64,000 nt of DNA from Reclinomonas americana ATCC 50394 (lineage: Eukaryota): positions 17,499 through 81,498 of the forward strand of contig PS015289.1 in the NCBI GenBank assembly GCA_048213135.1. Reading direction: 5' to 3'. The notes beneath the pieces are model-generated. The model was not told the DNA's origin. It saw only the letters and a list, made by a program, of their open reading frames with translations, and ran no database searches. The position numbers and the translations under genes were made by a program. Of the stretch, positions 1-10,054 are shown piece by piece (the first letter of the stretch is position 1; each line of letters opens with the position of its first letter).

Positions 1-217
1 GGGGAAGAGAGTGAGCGAAGAGAGTGAGAGAAGCGAACTCTCTTCTCTTTGAAAATAGACAGAGAGCGCGATGAAGGGGAAGAGAGTGAGCGTAATAGAG
101 AAGAGAATGAGCGATGCGAACTCTCTTCTCTTTGAAAATGGAGGAGGGCATGAAGGAGAAGAGAGTGAGCGTAATGGAGAAGAGAATGAGCGATCTCTTT
201 GAAAATGGAGGAGAGCA

Positions 218-3200
218 TTAAGTAGAAGAGAGTGAGCTGAAGGGTTTCGTCTGAGGCAAACCGATTCTTGTGCGGGTGGTGCTGCAGGTGGACATGTGAG
301 TTCGAAAAAGAGACGATGGGGAGGGCAGGATCGCGTGAGACTCACCGGCGCTGGTCGGCACAGGTGGTTGGACGCTCGAGGCGGAGGAAGAGGCGCCGGC
401 TGGTGAGTTGGAGGGAGGAAAGTGAGAAGAGAGAGAGAGAGGAGGGGGGAGAACGAAAGGGAATGAGGAAGGGGAAGACGTAGGGAAAGGGGGAAGGAAC
501 GGGGAAAGGGGGAAGGAACGGGAAGGGGGAAGGAACGGGAANNNNNNNNNNNNNNNNNNNNNNNNNNNNNNNNNNNNNNNNNNNNNNNNNNNNNNNNNNN
601 NNNNNNNNNNNNNNNNNNNNNNNNNNNNNNNNNNNNNNNNNNNNNNNNNNNNNNNNNNNNNNNNNNNNNNNNNNNNNNNNNNNNNNNNNNNNNNNNNNNN
701 NNNNNNNNNNNNNNNNNNNNNNNNNNNNNNNNNNNNNNNNNNNNNNNNNNNNNNNNNNNNNNNNNNNNNNNNNNNNNNNNNNNNNNNNNNNNNNNNNNNN
801 NNNNNNNNNNNNNNNNNNNNNNNNNNNNNNNNNNNNNNNNNNNNNNNNNNNNNNNNNNNNNNNNNNNNNNNNNNNNNNNNNNNNNNNNNNNNNNNNNNNN
901 NNNNNNNNNNNNNNNNNNNNNNNNNNNNNNNNNNNNNNNNNNNNNNNNNNNNNNNNNNNNNNNNNNNNNNNNNNNNNNNNNNNNNNNNNNNNNNNNNNNN
1001 NNNNNNNNNNNNNNNNNNNNNNNNNNNNNNNNNNNNNNNNNNGAAGGGGGAGGAGCAAGGGGAGGACATGGGGAAGACGAAGGGGGAAGACCATGGGGGA
1101 AGACCATGGGGGAAGACCATGGGGGAAGACCATGCGGGAAGACGAAGGAGGAAGACGAAGGGGGAAGACGAAAGGGGGAAGGCAAGAGAATGAGAAAGGG
1201 GGAAGACGAAGCGAGAAAGAGAAGGGAGAAGAGAAGGGGGAAGAGAGAAGAGAGAGACGAACTACAAGAATGCAAGCAACGACCACAATGCAGATGACAA
1301 CAGACACAGCAATGCGAGACCGCCACGTTGACTCACTTGATCGAGAATGATGTCGCGGGTGATGAGGAGGAGGGACACCGCTGGACGATGCAGTGAGGCC
1401 TGCACTGCGTTGTAAGCACGCTGAATCGTGAACGTAGAATGCACGAAGTGAGTGGTGTACCTGATGCGGCGGAACGATGCCTTTCGATTTTCGACCCGGC
1501 GGCTGGCGAGCTGGGCAAGGCAGCTGCAGTGGCGTGAGTTGGATGAGTGAAGGGAGTGTGCTCTCTTAGCGAACCTGAGGCTGCTGCATTGAGAGAGTGA
1601 GTGATGATACGTAGACGAGCAATGTGACTGCCACATACCAGAAGACTTCTCCGCTGAGGAGTTCGAGGGTGAGCTGGGCAATGCTCCTCCTGTATAAAAA
1701 GGTGAGCTGTTGCGCTTCAATAATAGCTTTCATGCAGGCCAGCTAACCGGATGATGCTGTGCAAGGAATGCCAGAAGCAGGTCAGAAGCACGTGTGTTTA
1801 CGGAATGCGATACACAAGGATCAACACGGACCTGGGTAAGCGCACAATGAGCTCATCAATACCACGCAATAACGGAGGAAAGGATCAACACACACGGATA
1901 CCTGCAGCTTGTGAAGGCACACTAGCGCGTCTTGGATGCAGTGATTCGTCGTCAGTGGCATTGATGGACGCACTGGATCGTCGTTGCTCCAACGAACTCG
2001 CTGCACGGCGGCACCGCGTGAGATACAACGCAGACTCCACCATCACCGACAGGTCCAAACTCACCGACATCAGCAGGTCGCGCGGCCTCTTGTGGCGTGG
2101 CGCTGGCGCTGGCCATCAATGCACTCGCCGATGGAGCGTTGGAGCCTGGGAAGAGGGTGCAACACTCAGAGGCACACATTTTCCAGAGTGTTCGAGATAA
2201 TCAGGTGGCCGGGCCAGCACACCTGAAAACGATCCCTCCACCACGCGTTTGCCGCCGACACCTGCGACGAGAGGAATGAGAGGAGTCGGTGCTGCGGTTG
2301 GCGATGGCTGCACAGACCGGCCACCAGCCCAGAAGGAGCGCTGGCTCCCTTGACGAGGCGCGCCGGTGGTGGTGGTCGCACGGGTGTGTTGTCAATCTCG
2401 GCGGTGACTGCAGCCGGGAAGGTGAGGAGCATGCGAGAACGACAGACGAAGAGAGGGTGAGAATGCTCACCGGTGTTCGACGTGGCGATGCTGTGGCGTT
2501 GCTCTGCTGCACAAAGAAAGAGAGAGAGAGAGAGGGAGAGAGACATGAGAAACGGGAAAGAAGAAGGGGGGAAAGGAAACAGGAGAGGTGGCAGAGAGGT
2601 AAGATAAACACACCAGTATTCGCGGTGGTGATGCCGTGGCGCGAGTCTGCAAAAAGAGAGAGAAAGACACGACGTGAGATGAGGAACGGGAAAGAGTGAG
2701 GGGAAAAGGAAAACAAGAGAGGAGGCAGAGAGAACATGTGGCGCATGAGAAAAACGCACCTGTATTCGCAGTGGCGATGCTGTGGCGCGGCTCTGTAGAT
2801 AGATAGATAGGGAAAGAAAGAGAGAGAGAAAGACACGACGTGAGATGAGGAATGGGAAAGAGTGAGGGGAAAAGGGAAACAAGAGAGAAAAACGCACCTG
2901 CATTCGCAGTGGCGATGCTGTGGCGCGGCTCTGTAGATAGATAGATAGAGAAAGAGAGAGAGAGAGGGAGAGTGAGTGAAACGGAAAGTGAAAGAGAGAT
3001 AGAAAGGGACAGAGAAGAGATAGACTCGTTTTCGAGATGAGGAACAGGAATGAGAGAAAGAGGAGGCACCGAGAACTTGTGGTGGATGAGAATAACGCAC
3101 CGGTGTCCACAGTGGCCATGCTATGGCGCGGCTCTGCAGGCAGAGAAAGAGACTCGTCGTGAGGTGAGTCACGAATATCGCAGAATACAAGGTAGATACC

Positions 3201-4298
3201 AACCAATCGCAATTGCATCATGATCCACCACCACCGCCCTCTCTTCGCCATCATTGCCGCCCTCCAACACNNNNNNNNNNNNNNNNNNNNNNNNNNNNNN
3301 NNNNNNNNNNNNNNNNNNNNNNNNNNNNNNNNNNNNNNNNNNNNNNNNNNNNNNNNNNNNNNNNNNNNNNNNNNNNNNNNNNNNNNNNNNNNNNNNNNNN
3401 NNNNNNNNNNNNNNNNNNNNNNNNNNNNNNNNNNNNNNNNNNNNNNNNNNNNNNNNNNNNNNNNNNNNNNNNNNNNNNNNNNNNNNNNNNNNNNNNNNNN
3501 NNNNNNNNNNNNNNNNNNNNNNNNNNNNNNNNNNNNNNNNNNNNNNNNNNNNNNNNNNNNNNNNNNNNNNNNNNNNNNNNNNNNNNNNNNNNNNNNNNNN
3601 NNNNNNNNNNNNNNNNNNNNNNNNNNNNNNNNNNNNNNNNNNNNNNNNNNNNNNNNNNNNNNNNNNNNNNNNNNNNNNNNNNNNNNNNNNNNNNNNNNNN
3701 NNNNNNNNNNNNNNNNNNNNNNNNNNNNNNNNNNNNNNNNNNNNNNNNNNNNNNNNNNNNNNNNNNNNNNNNNNNNNNNNNNNNNNNNNNNNNNNNNNNN
3801 NNNNNNNNNNNNNNNNNNNNNNNNNNNNNNNNNNNNNNNNNNNNNNNNNNNNNNNNNNNNNNNNNNNNNNNNNNNNNNNNNNNNNNNNNNNNNNNNNNNN
3901 NNNNNNNNNNNNNNNNNNNNNNNNNNNNNNNNNNNNNNNNNNNNNNNNNNNNNNNNNNNNNNNNNNNNNNNNNNNNNNNNNNNNNNNNNNNNNNNNNNNA
4001 CGGGCAGGTGGTTGTGCAGGGCGGCGCAGTGGAAGGCGGAGCGATTGTCCTCCGGGTCGACGGCGGTGAGGAGAGAGGCGGCGCCGTGGCGGGTGACGAA
4101 GCGGCGGAGAGGGCGGAGGAGGCCTTGGGAGGCGAGATCGCAGGGGTGCGGTGAGGAGGAGCTGAGGGAGGAAGAGGGGAGAAGAGAGGGAAAGAGGGAA
4201 AGAGGGGAAAGAGGGAAGAGTGAGTTTCTTCTTCTTTCTCTTTTGCTTTGTCCTCTCTTCTCAGTGAGTGAATGCGGCACGAACCATGACGCTCCCAT
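218..4298 (-). CDS. Multi-exon ankyrin-repeat-containing protein (partly in gaps; outer boundaries approximate)
   Basis: The exon at ~4001-4140 encodes CDLASQGLLRPLRRFVTRHGAASLLTAVDPEDNRSAFHCAALHNHLP, an ankyrin-like pattern. Further GT-AG bounded exons lie at ~3204-3270, 2471-3133 (five 33-nt exons), ~2320-2408 and downstream to ~218. Linkage across the two N gaps is inferred. Confidence 0.45.
2471..3133 (-). repeat. Five tandemly duplicated 33-nt phase-1 exons with duplicated flanking intron sequence
   Basis: Exons 3101-3133, 2898-2930, 2760-2792, 2614-2646 and 2471-2503 each sit between CAG and GT(G/A) on the minus strand. They encode EPRHSMATVDT, EPRHSIATANA, EPRHSIATANT, DSRHGITTANT and EQRHSIATSNT. 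Confidence 0.8.
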
Positions 4299-4544
4299 TT
4301 ACGTGGAGAGAGAGAGAGAGTGAGTGGGGAAGTTTGTCCTGCAGCATGCAATGCATTTGACTTCGACGGGAAGGGAGACGGTGGTGGTGAAGGAGGAGGG
4401 GAAAGTGTGTGAGCGAGGAGGAGAGAGAGGCGGTGCGTGGAGAAAAATGCAAAAGAGAAAATCACGCAAGACGCAACAAAAACGTCGATGTCGAGATCTG
4501 GCCACTCTCTGCATTGCACTGTGGCTCTTCGGATTTTGCATAGT

Positions 4545-5065
4545 ACGGACAGCCTACAGGGCACCCGCATGTATGCAGTTGCATCGACGTTGTACCTTCT
4601 CGAGTTGCAGAAGAACGACTGCAACAAAAACAGAGCGAACAGCGAACACAGCGCAAAACCAGCCTACAAAACGATCTCGCCAGGCTTTGCAACACTCACG
4701 GTCAGAGCTGCAATATGAGAGGCCGCGAGAGCAACCTCGTTGCGCATGCGCTTTTAAACTTTCGATGAACGTCGCGAACGAATGATCGACTCAGAAACCA
4801 GCATGTAAAGGCCCAGATCGATCTCGCAGGTCAGACCATCTCGCGATCGCAGGCCTTGCAGCACAGCTGACATGAGTGGTCATGAGAACAGCCTCACGCT
4901 TTAAATTTTTTCCAACGAGCGAACGACTGAATTGCAGAACCCAGCCTTCAAAAGGCAAAAACGTCACAGGCTACACAGCACCCGAGGTCACAGCTGCAAC
5001 GCCAAGAGAGCAACCTCACGCTTTTATCCAACGTGCGAACGAACGAACGAATCGCAGAAACCAAA
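4545..5065. repeat. Degenerate ~130-nt tandem repeat (3-4 copies) in a divergent intergenic region
   Basis: Recurring ordered blocks CAGAAACCAGC ... GGTCA(C/G)AGCTGCAA ... GAGAGCAACCTCACGCTTTT ... CCAACG(T/A)GCGAACGA. Confidence 0.6.
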
Positions 5066-5073
5066 TATCGATC

Positions 5074-5839
5074 ATGGGCGACACGGGAAGCGATGTTGCG
5101 TTTCTCTCCCTCTCTGTCTCTGTATGAGTGCCTGCCTCACTCACCTTTTCTCTCTGCCACAGCTCTCTGCGGCTTTTGATGCGGGAATCAACGCGGCCGA
5201 GGGCCGACTGAACCCTCGTTGAGTTCTCGTCCTCCTTCTTCTCCTCCTCCTCCTCCTCCTNNNNNNNNNNNNNNNNNNNNNNNNNNNNNNNNNNNNNNNN
5301 NNNNNNNNNNNNNNNNNNNNNNNNNNNNNNNNNNNNNNNNNNNGTTGAGTTCTCGTCTCCTTCTTCTCCTCCTCCTCCTCCTCCTCCTCCTCCTCCTCCT
5401 CCTCCTCCTCCTCCTCCTCCTCCTCCTCCTCCTCCTCCTCCTCCTCCTCGTCCTTCTCCTCCCTCTCTCCGTCTCTCTTTCTCTTTCTCTCTCTCTCTCC
5501 CTCCCTCCCTCCCTCCCTCGTTGTTCTTCTTCTTCTTGTTCTTCTTCTTCTCCTCTCTCTTTCTCTCTTTCTCTCTTTCTCTCTCACTCACTGTGTGCAC
5601 TTGCACGTTCAGCACCGATGCCAGAGGGCGTCTCTGCTGCGTGGTCTGAGGCCTACATTGGTGAGTGCGAGAGTTTTCGCGTGTTTCATGTCGATATCGA
5701 CCTGCTGCTGATCATTGTCTTGCGTGTCGCGTTGTGCAGAGGGATACGATCAGGGCGCGGTGAGTGAGAGAGAGGGAGAGAGAGAAGGAGAGAGAGAGAA
5801 GAGATTCATATTGTATCACCACTCAAACACTCGCAAACG

Positions 5840-5887
<48 letters not shown>

Positions 5888-6068
5888 CGCATTCACTCAC
5901 TCTGTTACTGATTGATGCTTTTGTTGACACAGGCGGACGTTGTGGAGCAGCAGCAGCAGGCGCAGAGTCAGTGGCAGACGTGAGAGTAACACATGCTCTC
6001 TCTCTCTTGTGTCTCTCAGTGTTGACTGTGCAGCAGCAGAAGAAAGTGAACGTTTTCGTCGATATTGA
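5074..6068 (+). CDS. Small 79-aa hypothetical protein, six exons
   Basis: Exons 5074-5094, 5163-5217, 5613-5660, 5740-5759, 5933-5979 and 6020-6068 join through GT-AG introns into 240 nt in frame: MGDTGSDLSAAFDAGINAAEGRLNPPPMPEGVSAAWSEAYIEGYDQGAADVVEQQQQAQSQWQTVDCAAAEESERFRRY*. Confidence 0.65.
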
Positions 6069-6878
6069 GCGCTTTTCAAGAGAAACCAGAGTCGCGTTCG
6101 CTGGGGCTGGCTCGCGGAGGGCATTGAGCTTCTAGTTTCGACAACACCCACTGCAAGAGTGCGATGTTGGATGCAGGAGTCGGCATCTTGGCCGGCAAGG
6201 CTTGCGAGGTTTGACCTCTGCAGCCGTCTGATCGTCCAGGCATGTAGCTCTTTCTGCCCTGCACAGTTGGACTCTCTTGCTCTTTGCCGCTCTTCCGCAC
6301 TCTGCCCTTGTACTGATGTGCTCGTCACCTGTCATTGTTGCGAGTAACAGGGTCGTTGACTCGCCACCTTGGTTGGTCGCTCCAGCAAGCACGGCAACTG
6401 CTCAAGTTCCTGGGTGCGTCGTCGGCGGTTTCAGTTTCTGCCGTCCTTAGCATGCAGTCTTCGCCACGCAATGCCAAGGCCTCGACTCTCGCCGCTCGGT
6501 CGTCCATTTTCGACGGTGATGAAGGTAAGTCGTTATCTGTCTCGTGTATGCTGTCGACTTGATGCTACGGAGGACAGGTTCCTCCATCAACACGCCCACC
6601 TTGCAAGTGCGCTTCACTCAACTCTTTGCGGATGTGCGTTTTCTGCTGCATTACCCGACTTGTCTACAGCATGGTGTTTCGCTCGCTAGCTCGCGAGCTG
6701 GATATCCAAGGTCAGTGCATGCCGCTGAAAGTGACAGAGCTTGGTGCTGCTCTGCAGTGCGTTAACTGAGCATCCAGACTTGTAGGCCTTCCAGCAAGGT
6801 GCAATGCTGCATTTCGCGAGCGAGACAGATATCTTGGATATCTGCGAGAATCTCTCTTTTGTTCTCACACTGGAGAGA

Positions 6879-9196
6879 ATGCACCACTTGCGCGTGGTTT
6901 GCGTTGCTGCGCTTCTCCTGTGTGCGATTTGTGTGCTGCTAGATGCGGCTGCCTTTGCGCATGCACACGTGGATCCGGACACCGAGGCTGGCGACTTACT
7001 CGACATGATGATGTTCGACTTGGAAGGTGTGTTCGCAATGGCGGACTCTGTGTAGTGGGGAGTGGATCTCTTGTCTCTCCTCTTCCTCTCTCTCTCTCTC
7101 GCACACACACATTTTTCCCGGAATCGTGCACATCTGGAGCGGATGCACCTCTTGTCTCTCATTCCATCTCTTCTCTCCACCTCCTTCTTTTGCTGTTGCT
7201 TCTTTTCCCTCTTCTTCTTCCTCTTCCCATCATCTTTCCCCAACTAGTACGTACTCTCGATCTCCCTCTTCTCCCTCCATCTGTTTTCTCCTCCTCCTCC
7301 TCCTCCTCCTCCTCCTCCTCCTCCTCCTCCTCCTCCTCACCGTCCGCTTCTTCCCTCCTCCCCTCCCTTCTCCACATTGCGCAGACGTCGACCTCCACGC
7401 GGAACATGGCGAGCACGACATCGACAGCGCCGCATCGCTGGCAAATGTCGACGCCACTTCAGCCGCTGGCACCGGTCTTGCGGATTACGACCTGAAGTTC
7501 CTCGGCGGTGGCGGCAACGGATTCGTTTTCGCAGCCCGACGCAAGGGCACTGAACGAGTCGCGCAGGATACGTATCCTCTCATCATCAAGACGGGAGGCT
7601 ACTTTGCGCCACCGGCGAGCAAGTACCGTTTGACGCAAGAGTTGCTCCGCGAAGAAACAAGTTCATCCAGGATCTGCCGCTATCGGACCGCCAGCTCTTT
7701 GCGAAATTCGTGACCGCGTTTCATGATACGTGCTACGTGCCGACGTATGGCATGGTGCCGAATGTTGCCATCTCGGCCGTGACCTCGACTGATCCGGATC
7801 TCAAGGACAAGTGCCTCTTCCTCGTTTTCAGAAACGCTGGGTCGGTATCGTTGTACGACGCCTCCCTAGCGATGTTGTTTGATGCGTATGCGGCGCCGAC
7901 TGCCGAGTTTGTGGGCGGCACTCGACAAAACTTAGACCCTAGGACTGGAGCCGGACTCACGCAACTCAAGCAGCTGATGGCCACGACTGTGTACGGTGAC
8001 GTTTCTCGGCACTACAATGCTGTGGCTAGCGACATTGCAAGCATGCGAACAGGGGCTCCCTCAGCTCACATACTCAAGCCCGGCGCTCTTGAGATGTGTC
8101 GCACACTGTATTTCGGCGCGCGAGGCACACTCCCCTTTCGTTGGGCTCTCACGCGCAACGTCATCAGGCAGATCGTCGGGGCATTAGGTGAGGATCGTGA
8201 GAGGCGTGTTGTTGAGGTACGATGGGTGTTACTGATATGCTTTGTCTCCTCTTTCTTTCATTATCAGCGGCGTTGCACCGGACCGGGCGATACCACGGCG
8301 ATACTGGTGCTCAAAACTGGTTGCTCAGCTGGCAACCCGACACCCAACAGCAGCAGCAACAACCAGTGCTTCAGGTCAAGCTGATCGACAATGTCGGACT
8401 GAGTGGTCGCGCACTTGCTGGAACGTTCGACTCCATGGAGAAGGCGCTCAAGGCGCTCAAGAGGCAACGAGAGCATGCAAGGAAGTGCATCGAGAATGCG
8501 AACGCCGAGTGTGCCATCTTCCGGTCCGAGATTGGTGAATCCCTGGACGAAGTGTTCCAGACGACGGTGCTGAACGATCCCATTCGGATGCAGAAAGGGC
8601 ACACTGGCGTTGAGGACGAGAATGTTCTGAATGTCCCCATGGCCGAGTGTGCTCGACACTTTTTGTGGCTGCTTCAGAAGCTGCCGTCGGACAGGCGCTT
8701 GGCAGACGTGCTGCTGGCACATCCATTCTTGGCTAGGAATGGAGCGGATGACGACATCACCGCCGGTGACAGAGTCTGCAGGAAGGTCGGAAAATCGCTG
8801 TCCCCATTCATGGCCAATCCAGAGCACACTCTGACATTGGCCGTCAAGTGGGCGTATTCCAAGGGCAAGCAGCAGACGGCCCCCAAGCCGAATGTTCGAT
8901 TCTCGTATGACTTGGTTGCACGCGCTTTCCGATTCAAGTTTTCTGCTGACGCCAAGACCGTCGAAGGCACGTTCGGTCTGGACGATGTTAAAGTATCGGA
9001 CGACAAGCGAGCTGTGGCTGTCCAAGGCGGCGATGATCGTGTGTATTTCGTGAACAAGAAATATGGCCGCTTGCCAATTGCCGAGCTCACCTTCCGCGAC
9101 GTGGACAGCGCGGCGTGCCTCTGCCAGTCGCCGCTGGGCATGTTGCAGCAAGCACTCGAGGCGGCCAAGCAGGCGCGCGACTTTGTTACTGGGTGA
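6879..9196 (+). CDS. Divergent protein kinase-like protein with N-terminal signal peptide; one frameshift at ~7655
   Basis: Exons 6879-7026, 7385-8187 and 8268-9196. Hydrophobic leader MHHLRVVCVAALLLCAICVLLDAAAFA. Kinase motifs: LGGGGNGFVF (Gly loop), LIIK, LREE, ALHRTGRYHGDTGAQNWLL (catalytic loop), VKLIDNVGLS (DFG position) and LLAHPFL (domain end). The frame changes at GAAGAAACAAG, which is one A short. Confidence 0.7.
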
Positions 9197-9412
9197 AAAA
9201 CGCAAGAATAAAACGCAGTGACATTGAGAACTGCTAGTCGCTGCAGCCTGTCGCACTCAATTCCACGGCACATAGTATACACTCGTCTCATTCCCCACCA
9301 CTCCTCCATCACGCACTCTCCATAAATCGTGCAGCAAAGTCAACAGTACCACCACCACCACCACCAAGCCTGCTGGCAGATTGATTTGTGTTTCGTCTCT
9401 TTTTTTCCTCTC

Positions 9413-9724
9413 TCAGGCGCGTCGTTGGGTGGTTCCGCTGCGCGGCGAAGACGCAGAGCGCGCTGCCGTGGGTCGCGGCGCCGGCGACTTGCTGCTGCTG
9501 GCCGCACCTGGAGACTTGCCGGCACCCGGCGTCGCCGTGGTGGTAGTAGTTGTTGTTGTTGCTGCTCCGGCGCCGTTGGTGGGCCTCGGCGACTTGCTTG
9601 CGATCGGCACGGGTGAGCGTGGGCTCATCGTGGTGCGCGGTGAGTAGCCTGGTGGGGAAATGGGGGAAAGGGGGTGAGAAAAATAGGGGAAGAAAGGGAG
9701 GGAGGGAGGGAGCGAGGGACAAGG

Positions 9725-9760
<36 letters not shown>

Positions 9761-10005
9761 GATGACATAGACTATTTCTCTATTACAACCTAAACCTTAC
9801 CACCTTCCGTACTATTCGTTCGGCGTAGGTTCGGCCCGCAACTAGTTAGGTAAGGTTTATTTTTTCGTCTAGTTGTNNNNNNNNNNNNNNNNNNNNGCGC
9901 GTCGGACGGTCGGTCGGTCGGCGTCGTCGTCGTCGTGCGTGCGGGGCGGGCGGGGTGCGGGCGTGAGGGAGAGGAGGAGGAGGAGAGAGGAGAGAGGAGG
10001 AGGAG

Positions 10006-10054
<49 letters not shown>

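Noticed and set aside
1-240. ~70-nt purine-rich repeat (GAACTCTCTTCTCTTTGAAAAT)
   Set aside because: An ordinary low-complexity minisatellite like the many others in the window.
5218-5370. Direct repeat GTTGAGTTCTCGTC on both sides of the 5261-5343 gap
   Set aside because: Most likely two overlapping contig ends left unmerged at a CCT microsatellite.
6132-6800. Short ORFs between the 79-aa gene and the kinase-like gene
   Set aside because: No recognisable motifs, and I could not build a consistent exon chain.
9755-9876. Apparent diverged duplicate of the exon at ~10050-10140
   Set aside because: It is a garbled, insertion-riddled copy running into a gap after a GA run: read-end noise rather than a paralogous exon.
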